This document shows positions 39,532 to 52,000 of a stretch of 63,153 nt of DNA, one piece after another. Numbering within the stretch: the stretch's first letter is position 1; each line of letters starts with the position of its first letter. Both the position numbers and the translations under genes were made by a program. The notes below the pieces were generated by a model that worked only from the letters and a program-made list of their open reading frames with translations, did not search any database and was not told the DNA's origin. This stretch comes from Bacillota bacterium. GTDB lineage: Bacteria > Bacillota > Clostridia > Saccharofermentanales > Fastidiosipilaceae. Location of the stretch: the NCBI GenBank assembly GCA_023442635.1, contig JAEZYR010000145.1:1-63153 (forward strand), in the 5' to 3' direction.

Positions 39532-40539
39532 ATGATGCGCACAGCAGTATTGGGTATGGGCACGGTCGCCCCTGTGCACCTACAAGCTATTGCTCAAATC
39601 CCGGAACTTCAATTGGTAGCCACGGCTGATCTAGATCCCACAAGAAATTGTCCAGGGATTTTGCACTATCCCTCAGCTGAAGCCCTTTTGGCAGATGAGA
39701 ACTTAGAGTTGGATGCGGTGCACCTCTGCTTGCCACATGACTTACACTACCCGATCGCGCGTTTGGCTTTGGCGCGAAAACTGGCTGTTTTTACCGAAAA
39801 GCCTGTGACCGAAAGTATTGAGACAGCGAAGGCGCTTTGTGCTTTGAGCGAGGAGCCAGGCGCCAAGGTCGCGGTCTGCTTTCAGAATCGCCTGAACCCA
39901 TGCACGCGCTACTTGCTCCAAGCCCTCAAAGAAAAGCGTCTAGGCGAGCTTGAGGGGCTGCGTGCCCATGTTTATTGGGCGCGCAACAAGGCCTACTACG
40001 AAGCCGCGCCGTGGCGTGGCGAGCTCGCCCGCGCAGGCTCGGGGAGCTTGATCAACCAGGCCATCCACACCTTAGATTTGATGCAGTTGGCAGCAGGGGC
40101 AGCCCCTGTCCAGGTGAGTGGCCAGGTTTCGCAACTGAGCGACCTAGGAACCAACGTCGATGTCGAAGATACGGCGGTCGCACTTGTCCACTTTGCCAAT
40201 GGCCTGTCGGGCTTTTTCTGCTCGACGAACTGCAACCGAAGCAACGCCCCGATCGAGTTGATCGTTTATTGCGAAAAGGGAGAGTATCAGCTTCGAGGCC
40301 CCAACCTCTATTGCTGCCAGGGAAACAAGATTGATCTTGTGGCGAGCGACAGCCTCCGTGATGGCGAAAAGAACTATTACGGGGCTTCTCACGCTGAGAT
40401 GATCAAGGCCTTCTACGCTTGGTTACAGGGAGATCAGACGGCGCCTGTCGTGTCGGTAGCTGAGGCGATGGTTTCCTTGCGGCTCATCGAGGCGATCAAG
40501 AAAAGCCAGGGTCAGCCTGTTCCCTATAAGGCCGACTAA
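39532..40539 (+). CDS. Gfo/Idh/MocA family NAD(P)-dependent oxidoreductase
   Basis: N-terminal Rossmann fold TAVLGMGTVAPVHLQAI and the EKP motif VFTEKPV. 335 aa. Confidence 0.85.
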   Translation: MMRTAVLGMGTVAPVHLQAIAQIPELQLVATADLDPTRNCPGILHYPSAEALLADENLELDAVHLCLPHDLHYPIARLALARKLAVFTEKPVTESIETAKALCALSEEPGAKVAVCFQNRLNPCTRYLLQALKEKRLGELEGLRAHVYWARNKAYYEAAPWRGELARAGSGSLINQAIHTLDLMQLAAGAAPVQVSGQVSQLSDLGTNVDVEDTAVALVHFANGLSGFFCSTNCNRSNAPIELIVYCEKGEYQLRGPNLYCCQGNKIDLVASDSLRDGEKNYYGASHAEMIKAFYAWLQGDQTAPVVSVAEAMVSLRLIEAIKKSQGQPVPYKAD

Positions 40540-40550
40540 GTCGTGCTCGG

Positions 40551-41582
40551 ATGATGGCAAGACGCAAGAGCGTTACGATGGTGGACATTGCACAGCGTTG
40601 CGGCGTCAGCGTTGTGACGGTCTCGAACGCTCTGTCGGGTAGGAGTGGCGTCAGCGAGGAAGTCCGCCAGCATATTCAGCAAGCGGCACTCGACCTAGGC
40701 TACAAGAAGAAAAGCCCTGCCGCCGTGCCTGCTAGCCGCCAACGCCATATAGGCATCATTGTGGCTCAGCGCTTTTTTGGGGTGCAAGATTCTTTTTACT
40801 TCGAGATCTACCAGCAGTTGCTTATGGAATTGCGGGCGCAAGAAGCGGAAGGTGTTCTGGAGATTGTTGACGAGTCGCGCGAGCAAGATGGCCTGATGCC
40901 CCAGCTTCTCGGCAATCCTACTGTGGCTGGCATTTTGGTCTTGGGGCAACTGCAGGCCGATTACTTAAAGTTGTTAGCCGCGACAGGCAAACCCTTACTT
41001 TTCTTTGACTTCCACATCCCCAATTTGATGGTGGACAGCGTGGAACAGGACAATATCGGAGGTGGCCATGCGGCTACATCCTACTTGCTCCAGCAGGGAC
41101 ATCGGCATATCGCTTTTGTGGGTTCGGTGTTGGCGACGACGAGCGTCATGGAGCGCTACCTCGGCTACCAGGCCGCTTTTTTGGAAAAGGGGTTGCAGGC
41201 CTTACCCTGGTTGCCAGACCGTGATAGTCAGGGCAGGGCTTTGACCTTACAACTGCCTGAGCCCTTGCCGACAGCCTTCTTTTGCAATTCGGACAACGCG
41301 GCTTTTCAGGTTGTGCAAGCCTTGCACGAAAGGGGACTCAAAATACCGGACGATGCCTCTCTTATTTCTTTTGACGACTCACGCTGGCGGCAGCGCTGTC
41401 TGCCGCATTTGAGTTCGATGGCGATCGATATTCGGGCCTTTTGCCAACTGGCTGTCAGACGCCTCTTGGAACGCCTGATGTGGCAAGGTGGCTTTGATCT
41501 GCCCCACACGATACCCTTGCCTTGCTGTCAATTGCGTTTGCCTGTGCAATGTATCTTGCGCCAAAGCATCCGCCAGATTTAA
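40551..41582 (+). CDS. LacI family transcriptional regulator
   Basis: HTH segment VTMVDIAQRCGVSVVTVSNALSGRSGVSEEVRQHIQQAALDLGY followed by a periplasmic-binding-like sugar domain. Confidence 0.9.
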   Translation: MMARRKSVTMVDIAQRCGVSVVTVSNALSGRSGVSEEVRQHIQQAALDLGYKKKSPAAVPASRQRHIGIIVAQRFFGVQDSFYFEIYQQLLMELRAQEAEGVLEIVDESREQDGLMPQLLGNPTVAGILVLGQLQADYLKLLAATGKPLLFFDFHIPNLMVDSVEQDNIGGGHAATSYLLQQGHRHIAFVGSVLATTSVMERYLGYQAAFLEKGLQALPWLPDRDSQGRALTLQLPEPLPTAFFCNSDNAAFQVVQALHERGLKIPDDASLISFDDSRWRQRCLPHLSSMAIDIRAFCQLAVRRLLERLMWQGGFDLPHTIPLPCCQLRLPVQCILRQSIRQI

Positions 41583-41596
41583 GGGAGGAAGAAGCG

Positions 41597-42814
41597 ATGA
41601 ATTCGAAGCGATATCGGGCGAGTCAGGCTTCAGTTGAGGGCGAAAAGCGCTCTGACGTTCCCGGTGAGAGGGGCACAAGCATTCAAGCAGCCGACGAAAA
41701 GGGGGCTGCTTGGGTGAAGACAGAGCGGCAGGCCTCCCGAGAAGCACGCGTGCCAAAGGGGGCGCGCTTGCAGGCGGTCAAACTCAAGGAAATAGCGGCA
41801 GAAGCAGGGGTTAGCGTCATGACGGTGTCCAATGTCCTGCGCGGTCGCGAAGGGCGCTTTTCGGAAGCGACGCGGGCGAAGGTCCAGGCTGTGGCTGACC
41901 GACTGGACTATACGGCCGACCTTTACGCGCGTAGTTTACAGAGCGCGAGCACCCAGATGATCGCCCTTTTGGCTCCCGATATTTACAAGCAGCCAGGCGA
42001 AATTGGTCGCAGCGTTTTTGATGACGTCTATGTGGGCTACCTGGTGGGTCGTTTTGAGCAGCGCCTGAGAGCAGAGGGCTTTTATGTGCTCCTGCAGAGC
42101 TTTCAGACGGCGGAGGAGGTCTTTGCCCTACAGCGCGGTTGGCGCTTGGCTGGCACGGTGCAATTGATACCCTCACTAGATGACGAGCTGAATCTTCGCC
42201 TCATCCGCGAAAGCAGCTGCCCCCACATTTTGCTGGACCGTTTTTATCCTGACTGCGGAGCTTATGCCGTGACGACGGAGGATGAGCAAGGTGGCTATAT
42301 GGCCACTAAAGCTTGCCTAGAGGCTGGCCATCGGCGGATTGCTTGCGTGATGACAGATCAGCAGAGTCACCTTTCGAGTGTGCTCTCAGCCCGCCAAGAT
42401 GGCTATCTCCGCGCTTTGGCGGAGGCAGGGTTAGAAACTGAAGCCAAAACCCTCTACTATGGCAGCTTGCTCGCCTGGCTCAAAAGCCTACCTGCAGAGC
42501 AGCGGCCGACAGCTTTGGTCTGTACTTCGGACTATGTGGCCCGTGGTCTCATTTCCCATCTTTTGGCCGTGGGCTTTCATGTGCCAGAGGACATCAGTGT
42601 GACGGGTTATGACAACCTGGAGATTCTGTGCGATCTCTATCCACCCTTGGCCAGTGTCGACCAACAAATCGAGCAAAAAGTGCAGAGCGCCGTGCGGCTT
42701 TTATTAGAGCGACAAGTTGGGGATCAACCCAAACAACAGGCTGGGCGAGAAGCGCGCTGCGGCGTTTGTTTTGTGCCGCGGATGAGCTTAGGCAAGCCTA
42801 GAGATCCTTCTTGA
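41597..42814 (+). CDS. LacI family transcriptional regulator (second copy; start uncertain)
   Basis: HTH segment VKLKEIAAEAGVSVMTVSNVLRGREGRFSEATRAKVQAVADRLDY. The ATG at 41597 (RBS GGGAGGAAGAAGCG) adds a ~57-aa charged N-terminal extension. The TTG at 41768 (AAGGGGG 6 nt upstream) would give a canonical N-terminus. Confidence 0.85.
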   Translation: MNSKRYRASQASVEGEKRSDVPGERGTSIQAADEKGAAWVKTERQASREARVPKGARLQAVKLKEIAAEAGVSVMTVSNVLRGREGRFSEATRAKVQAVADRLDYTADLYARSLQSASTQMIALLAPDIYKQPGEIGRSVFDDVYVGYLVGRFEQRLRAEGFYVLLQSFQTAEEVFALQRGWRLAGTVQLIPSLDDELNLRLIRESSCPHILLDRFYPDCGAYAVTTEDEQGGYMATKACLEAGHRRIACVMTDQQSHLSSVLSARQDGYLRALAEAGLETEAKTLYYGSLLAWLKSLPAEQRPTALVCTSDYVARGLISHLLAVGFHVPEDISVTGYDNLEILCDLYPPLASVDQQIEQKVQSAVRLLLERQVGDQPKQQAGREARCGVCFVPRMSLGKPRDPS

Positions 42815-43081
42815 TAAAAGTTATCGAAATAAATCCTAAAATGCCTTTCAAAATGTCAATAACAAGAGGGATAAAAGCAGTGGGCATAGGACGAATAGCA
42901 CAAAAATAATAAGAATGTAAATTATATGTAAAATAAAATTAGAATTAAGCCTGTTATTTTTGAAATTTTGCAGGAGAGTCCCACATATCTTCTTAAAATG
43001 TAAGTATTTTCCTCGAAAATAGATTTGATATACGGCGCAATCTGCGTTTTTGCGCCAAATTTTCTATTAAGAGGGTAGACG

Positions 43082-46000
43082 ATGAATAAGAAAACGAGTG
43101 TGCTGGCATGGCTGCTGTCCCTGACTATGCTCGCAACCAGTTTCTCTAGTCTGAGTGTGACAAGCCTGAAGGCGGCCTCTGTGGAAGGTGGGGAGCAAAA
43201 TCCGCCAACGGCAGAAGTGACCGCTGGTGCTGAAGAAGAGCCTTCAGCTGTGCCAAGTCCGAGCGAAGATGTCGGGTTGGGATCTGAGCCAGGCACAAAA
43301 GCTTCGTCAGAAGAAGCTAGCAACTCAGACGAGCCGTCTTGGACAGATGAAGGCCTAGCTGAAAAGGCCGTCTCAAGTACGTTGACGCCAGAAACAGGCG
43401 AAACGGCTCCTGATAGCCCATCAGCACCTGATGGGCAGGCGGCATCTGAGCCCGAGCAGGGAGCGCCCCTGGTGGGGGCTGGCGCTCGAGCTGAGCAAGG
43501 CAGTCTCCGCTTCGCTGAAGGCGATGTGATGGTGCAAGGGCAGTTGCAACACGGCTATGTGGTCGAAGGTTGGGTGGCAGGACAAGAAAGTCAGACGCTG
43601 ACGATCCCAGCCGCTTACTTGGATCTACCTGTTTTGGCTGTGGCTGATCGGGCTTTCGTGGGCAGTGAGCTGACAGCCCTCACGCTCCCTGAAAGTCTGG
43701 TGGAGATTGGCGAGCAAGCCTTTGCTGCCAACAAAATAGCTAGCCTTGATTTGCCTCAAAGATTAGAGCGCGTGGGCCAAGAGGCCTTCCGCGACAATGC
43801 TTTGACCAGCTTGCAACTTGCCAAGGTGAAAGACATTGGCAGCCGAGCCTTTGCTAATAACCAGCTGCAGACAGTTGACCTGCAGGGCGTTGTGACCGTT
43901 GGCGAAGAGGCCTTTCGTGGTAACCAGCTGAGCGAAGTGGCGATCCCCGACAGCCTCGAGGCTCTGGGCCCTCATGCCTTTACTTACAATGGCCGCTATG
44001 TGTTATTGACTGGCGAAAATCCGCTGGTGAAGAGCGAAAAGCAAGCGGGCGCTTTTGGTCAAGTCGCGCATCCTGTCGATTTGATCGTGCACTTTGTCGA
44101 TGCTGAGACAGGGGCTGCGATTTTGAATGACAGGCTGGAGGGTAGCGATTTCTGGACAGAGAATGGTGTTGCCGAATTGGGCGAGACCCAGACCTATACC
44201 GCCCCAGCCATCGATGGCTATGACCCAGTTGAAGCCAATGTGACCTACACCCCTGATCGCGAGCGCTACGAGCTGACCATCCGCTATAACAAGCGTGAGA
44301 GCGCCTTGCTCTTAGAGGCGGTGGGCGAAGCCAAAATTCAGTTGGGGGCGGAGGTGAGCCGCGACCTGCTCTTGTCCTTCGTTAGAGCCAGCAACGGCCA
44401 GGGCAAGGATCTGAAGAGCCAAGTGCGCATGACGCCTGAGACGATCGACAGCAACGAGGCTGGCGTGCACGAGATCCTCTATAGCCTCGAAGATGCGAAT
44501 GGGAACCTCCGCACGCTCAAGCGCAGTGTTTGGGTGACGGCAGATCCCGACTGGCTGAACTTCCCCCTCGGTGAGGGTTGGGTTCTGGGCGACTTTGTCT
44601 ATGGCAAGGAGTCGTACAACAAGACTGAGGTCTTAGGTTTTACGGATCAGGGCAAGGCGAAGCTGAGCCGCAACAAGGACCTCATCCTGCCGCACATCAA
44701 CCCCTACGATCCTTCGGTTGAGATTACAAGGATTGGGTGGGGTATGAAGTGGGGTATAAATCAGAAGAATGGCTTCTCGGGCATCGAGGCCAAGGACATC
44801 CGCGACTACAACAGCAATATCCAGTACATCAATGGTACGTTTACGGTCAAGGAGGCGGATAGCCTGACCCTTGATGGGCTTGTGAGCAATTACTCAGGCT
44901 ATGCCTTAGTAAATTCTCACATCGGACATGTCAAATTGAACAGCCTCAAGTCGGCTGGCAACGAGGCTTTCCGTGGTCTTCGCGCGCGCATTATTGAGCT
45001 GAATGGCCTGGAGAGGCTGTCAAATCGCGCAATCGGAGGTCTTCAAGCTACAGAACGCCTAGAGCTGCGCAGCGTCAAATCTATTAAAAAAATATATTTG
45101 AATTCCACCGATACCCAAGGCGAAATCTTCCTGGATTCGCTCGAGGAGGTGGAAGAATTCTATCTGGCCCCCAAGGTCAAGCGTATCCATGCCCCCAAGC
45201 TTAAGCGGATAGGCAACTCTGCTTTTTTTGATACCACTATCCTGACAGTTGAAGACGAGGACTTTATCAGCGTTGAGACTGTAGAGGGAGACCCCTTTCG
45301 ATGGTCTCCTAATGACTATTTCTATTGGCCTCATCTGAAGAGCATCAGCCAGAATGCCTTCACTGAGCGCGGATTTATTTTTAGGAGAGCATCCCGCCCC
45401 GTATCGCTAGATGACTATGCGAAGCGCGCCGTGATCATCACCGATAAGTCGAGAATTTTCCCTCCTACCGCGAACTATGTTGTGGATCCTGAGGATGGCG
45501 AGATCGATGCCAATGCGCCTTTTGGGGAAGATGACTTCCTCTATGAGGATGAGAGCAAGCGCAAGCTTATCGGTCTTAGCAAGCAGGGTTGGCGCAAGAT
45601 CGACGAGCGCGATTACACGACCCGACTCAAGATCCAGCTGCCCGACAGTGTTGAAGAGATAGGTGACAAGGCCTTTTATGACCTTTGGCAGAGTGGCTTG
45701 CCTAATTCATTTGATGAACTCTATGTTGAGGGTCAGAATGTCCGCCAACTAGGCCAATATGCCTTTTCAAGTAGCCATTTGCGTGGTTATGACTTCCCCA
45801 ATCTTAAGGTGTTAAAGAGATACTCCCTGCCCTCCACGATGCCAGAAGGTAATGCCCCAGGTTTTGACCTGCGAGGCGTAGAAATTATCGAATATGATGC
45901 CTTCGGTAGCTATTCGAACTACGATCCAGCTAAGAGATCAGATCAGCAAATGTTGGCTATTCATGGTGAGACTTTTACCTTTGACAGCCTCCGCGAGGCC

Positions 46001-49000
46001 AGAGTGAGCGCTATGGGTTCATCTCTCTCGGTATATAGGCTCTACTTGCCAGCCATTGAACGCATTGATGCGCGGGCTTTCGGTCTCCAGAGAATGGCTG
46101 AAGTGTATGTTGGTGAAAATCTAGAAAGTCTTGATTCTCGAGCTTTTACAGGTGGTGGCTCTGGCTACAACCCAGGATACAACGGCGCCATCACCAACCC
46201 ATACGGGACAACACTCGTCTTTACCCCCGATCGCCAGAACCCCCATAACCTGCAAGACGGCTACGGCCACGTCGTCAACCCGACCGAAGTCACCATCCAC
46301 TACGTCGATGAGAAGGGGCAGACTCTCTTGCCAGATCGCAAGCAATACCGCCTGCCCGATAACGTCCTAAAAAAGCAGGGCAAGCCGAAGGAAATCATCG
46401 CGCCCAGCATCTTTGGCTATACGCCAAAGCAAGTGAAGTACGACATCCCCGACGACCGCCAAGTCCACGACTTGACCATCGTCTACACCAAGGCCGAGCA
46501 AGGGGTGGAAGGCGCTCTGGTCAATCAGTGGAACGAAGAAGACCGCAACGCCCAGAACAAGCCGAAAGAGCTTTACGAAATCGGCGAGCAGATGCGTACC
46601 TGGCACTACATCGATCTGACGGGTTACGGTTCGAGCATCGAGGGCGCCGTCCTCAAAATCTACTATGACCCCAAGTATGTCGTGGCCTCGGATATTACGG
46701 TGCCGCGCTCCGATGCGATCGCCAAATATGAGGCAAAGGACGGCGTTTTGAGTATTTACTTGCAGTCCAATAAAAACGGCGGTGACATCGTGGGCGGCCA
46801 GCAGCTGGAGATCCCCATCTATTGGCGCTTCAAAAAACTGCAAACGCCCGACCTCTACAAAATGCAGCTCAACATGGATTTGCGCGATGAGCATGACAAG
46901 ATTTATGCCACTTCGCAGCCGATCTACTTGCAAGGCTGGTACAAGAAACCCTCGATGAGCAAGAACAGTCCGCTCAACTTGCCAGGCTACGACTACCGCG
47001 ATTTGACCTCTGCCGACCATGCGCCCCGCCGTTTGGGCGAACTGGGCATCGTCAATAGGCCAGATGGCAGCTATGACTACGCCGTCATCAAAGATGAGCC
47101 CGTGAGCTTCTATTTCGCTATCCACGACCTGGCACGCTATGTCGACAAGAGCGTTATTAAGGACGTTTTGCCGACCTATACGGCCTTGAACGACATAGGC
47201 GAAGAAGAAACGAGAGTCGCTGTCTTTAACCCAGAAGAAAACCCGGATTGGCATCTGTCTGAGGACAAAAAGTCCGTCTGGACTGAGGTTCAGCACCCAG
47301 CGACGAGAATGCCGTCAGCCTACTACCCAGAGCTCAAGTTGCGCTTCCCCAGGGCTTTGTCGGGTGACAATATCGAGAACCACGCCGAAATCGAGCTCTT
47401 CCCTTATGAGCAAGGGGAACTCGAGAACACGATGCGCGTGTCCGACGACATCACGATTTACCAAGTGCTCTACAAGGACAAAAAGCCCCCGAAGGGCGAG
47501 GTTTACTTTGACAAGAGCACGGAGCGTCTGCCCCGCTTTGATGGCAAAAATACCTACTTCTTCGATACGGATGAGGACCGCAAAAAAGACCTTCCCTTCC
47601 GCATTGAGGTCACGGCCGAAAACCGTACCATCACGATGCGCGATGTCGTGGTGACGGACTACGACTTGGACAAAAAGCATAGCCGCCTCAAGTACACAGG
47701 CGTTTCAGTCCAAGAAGGCTCGACGGATGAGACGGTGAGTGTCGTCGCCTACCACAAAAAAGGCGAGTTGATGAACCCAGCCGAGGATCAGATCCTCGAG
47801 ACGCAGCGCATGCAGGCGCGGAAATGGCAGAGGATCCGCTTTTCTTCGGCTGTTCAGGATCAGATCGACTACATCCAGATCATCTTCAGGCCAGATTACG
47901 CGCTAGAGGGGCGGCTCCTCTTCGATGTGCACACGGCCTTGCGCGAGCCAGGCCAGAGTCAATACAGCTCGGAGCGCGAGAATTTCTATGACAATGAGGC
48001 GCTCTTGACGGCCAATCTTTTTGGCAAGGAAACAGGCCTGCCAGCCAGCGACCGCAGCAAGCCGCTGTTGACGGCAGATGGCGAAGTCGTGACGCAAGAC
48101 ACGCCAGATTGGGCACATCTGCCAGGTAACTTTATCTGGTGGGACAAAGACATCATCCATGTCCGCGGCTTCCGCATGGAGATGGGTATCGAGAAAAAGC
48201 AGTCCTACCCCTCCGATCGCTCGGTCATGCCAGGCGATACCGGTCGCTATGACCTCAAACTGACGCCCTACCTTGAAGGCAGTCGTGATGCCAGACTCGG
48301 CCGCGACGGCGTCAAGGAGGACTTGGCCAACTTTGAGATGATCGACATTTTGCCGCGCGGTATTTTGGTCAATGCCGTACACCCGACGTCGGACTTTATC
48401 CGCTCGGGCGGTACCTATGAGTTGGTCGAAAATTACCAAGGCAAGGGTCAAGAAGCCGTTATTTTCAAAGCGGATGTCTTGGCTTCGGGCGTCTTTGATA
48501 TCGCCAGCATTGAGACCTCGGTCGAACCCAATGTGTCCGAAGGCCATGTGACCAACCATGTTTATGGCACCTGGGAATATGACGGCATCACCAAAGTCGG
48601 CCAAAAAATAGCGCCGCCAGGCGTCGATGACGGCCGCGAATGGTTGCATGACCAGGCCAGCATCAGCGTGATCAAGGTGTGCGAACTCACCGCTCGCAAG
48701 TACATCCGCCGTGAGGGTGGGCCTTGGAGCATGACGGGGGTCAAGACGCCCGCTGGCTCGGCCTTTGACTATCGCTTGAGCCTTTTCAATGGCTCGAGTT
48801 CAGAGCGGAGCGCGATCGACCTGGTCGACGTCTTCCCCTATTTGGGCGACGAATCCATTCAGGAACTGCGCCCTGGCAGCGGCCAAAGACCAGCCAAAAA
48901 ATCTCAGTTCAGCAATACGCTGGATTTGACGCGCGAGATCCAAATTTTGCGAGATGACGAAGATGTGAAGGCCTCCTTTGATATTCGCTACGAAAACGGC

Positions 49001-52000
49001 ACAGGCAAAATCAAGGAGGAGATCAGGGGTTCGGCAGATGAGGCGATCGAAAAGCTGAATTGGGAAACGACGCCACAAGCGACGAGCCGCGCCATCCGCA
49101 TCACGGCCAAGCCAGGCTTCGAACTCAAAAAGAACCAGCAGTTGGACGTGATCATCCCGATGAAGGCGCCAGAAGACGGCAACCGCCTCATGGGACTCAA
49201 GGCCTACAACACCTACGTGCGCAAAGACGCCCAGACCGTGCGCTTTTTGGAGCCCAATCGAGTCTATAACGAGATCCCCTATCCCAAGGGCATTCTGGAA
49301 TTTACGAAGAAAGGCTACGACGAAGAGACTAAGACCAGCAGCAATCTTGCGGGGGTGGAATTCCAGCTCTACAAGTACTATTACTACAACTACCGTTGGC
49401 AAGAAGAATACATTCAGACCGCGGTATCCGATGAAAATGGCCTTGTGCGCTTCAGTGCCTTTGACCTGAACCCTAGGGGGCAGTACCGCATCAAGGAGAC
49501 GAAAGCACCCAAGGGCTATATCGGTGTTGGGCCGCAAGACTTTTATGGCAGCTCCTTCAAGCCCATTCCAGGCCAGCTAGAAGATGGCGTGCAAGTCTAT
49601 AAATATGTGGCCGAGGACTTCCGTTTTGAGAATCGCAAGCCCGAGAAGCCGATTGTAGGCAGCCTCCGTGTGGAGAAGCTCATCAACACGCCAGACGGGC
49701 GAGTGCCTGGTGCTGTCTTGCAATTCCACCTGCAGGGCAAGAACAAGCAGGGCGAGGTGGTCTATGAGCGCGACTTCTTCACGAACCAAGAGGGCCGTTT
49801 TGAAGTCGACAACTTGCCTGCCGCTTCTTATGTCCTGAAAGAGGTGGCGCCAGCTGGGCAGGGTCACTTTATCCCGGTCAGCCAGCATTTTGAAATCAAA
49901 AAGGCGCCAGGCAGATCAGAAGTAGGCTATACCAAGCACTATTTCACAGCTAACAACGGCAGCGCGCTCATCAACTATAACTACAGCCTTCTCATTACCA
50001 AACTGGGTGTCAAAGACGCCTCGTTACTGGATGACATTTCGGAGCTCAACAACATCGGCCAGAAAGGTTTGGGCGGCTATAAGTTTGTTCTGAAAGGTGA
50101 CGATGGTTCGACGATCAAGACCGCTGCGACAGATACCTACGGCAGCCAGAAAGGCTCGGTGGAAGTCACGGTCAAGCCAGGGGTCACTTATGAAATTCAG
50201 GAGATTGAGACGCCCTACAAGAACAACTACATTCACAACACAAAGAGCTACCGCTTCAAAGTTGGCAATGATGGCGCCCTCTACACACCAGAAGGCAAGC
50301 GCTTTGTGCAGCCTTTCAACCTGAACTTCCCCAACTTGGAGAAGCCGCTCAAAGCGCGCGTCAAGGTTGTGAAGGAAAGCAACGGTGGCCTACCCCTCCC
50401 TGGGGCGAAGTTTGGCTTGTTCCAGGCACAGGCAGAGGGTGAGCCCTTGCTCATTGCCGAAGGCACGAGCCAAATAGAGGGCAAAGAGGCTGTGGTCTAT
50501 TTCAACGATCTCAAAGCTGGTGTGTATCAGCTGCGCGAATTGGAAGCCCCCCTCGGCTACGTCCGCGATGAGCGAAGCGTGACGGTGACGATTCCAGAGC
50601 GCTTGCCAGAATACTTAAGCAAAGATAAGAACGGCTTGACCTACGAGGACGGGCCAGAGGAAGTGTTGGCGACCTTTGAGCATGTCTTTGTGAACAAGTC
50701 GATTCAGGCTGAGATCATCAAGGGCTCAACCCTGCAGGAGAACCTTAGCGAACAGCGCGCCAACTGGCTTTTGGCAGAGCACCCAGAGTGGCGCAAACGC
50801 CAAGTTGCGCCAGGTTTGTGGTCTGTCTATCAGCCGCTAGCAGGCGTGAAGTTTGTGCTGGACGAAATCAAGGACGGCGAACGGCGGCGTGTGTCCGAAC
50901 TGGAGAGTGACGCGGATGGCCAGATTCATGTGCCGATCAGTCGGGCGAATATGGAGAGCGTCTATGAGTTGACCGAAGTCCAAGCTGCTCCAGGCTATCG
51001 CCTTGATCCGACGCCGCTCAGCGTCTGCCTGGCGGATGAAATCCGCTTGACCAGCTGGGATGGCACCCTTCGCCGCTACAAGGACAACCGTCCGAACAAG
51101 GGCCGCATCCTGTTGTCGAAGTACGAGTTGGATACACGCCAGACCCTGGCAGGCGCCAGCTTTGGGCTTTATGCCGAGACGGCAGAAGGAACAGGACCAG
51201 CTGCCTGGCCCCTAAAAGTCGTCAAGAGCGATGCGAATGGCTTTGTCGAATTTGCCAACTTGGACTTTGGGCGTTACTACGTACGGGAATTGGAGGCGCC
51301 AGTAGGCTATCAGCGACTTGAAAAGACCTGGGTCTTTGACTTGTCAGAAGAGGCCTCCCAGGATGTGCAGCATGCGGTGGCGTTCAACGGCAAGCCCCTG
51401 TCTTTGCCTGTTGAGAAAGTCTGGGTCGGTGGCGGAGAAGAACCCGAAGCCATCAGCTTCAAGCTGTTCACGGACGAAGCGTTGACCAAGCCAGCCGTTG
51501 ATATAGACGGCCAGCTTGTACCGCCTTTGGTGCTCAGAGCTGAAGACAATTGGCGCGATCCCAAGGCCGCCCTCGAAAAGGACCCTGTGACAGGCGCTGA
51601 GCGCCATGGCGCAGCCCGCTTTGAGAACTTGCCACGCTACGATCAGCAGGGTCAGCTGATCCACTACTACATCCAGGAAGAAGCGATCCTAGACGAAGAC
51701 GGACAGCCTCGTTTTGAGCCGACGATTACGGGCGATGACAAGGGCTATCTAGTGGTGAATACCAATATTGAGAAGCGCAGCATCTTGGTTCGCAAGCGCT
51801 GGGTTGGCCAGGCAGCCGACGGTGTAGAGGTGCAGCTCTTGGCCAACGGAAAGCCTGTTGGCGACACGGTGACCTTGAGCCCTGAGAGCCAGCCTAAGCC
51901 CTGGACGCATATCTTCGAGAACCTGCCACGCTATAGCCCTGACGGCCAGGCTATTTCCTATCAAGTGGTCGAAAGAGCTGTGCTACAGGGCGAAAAGCGC

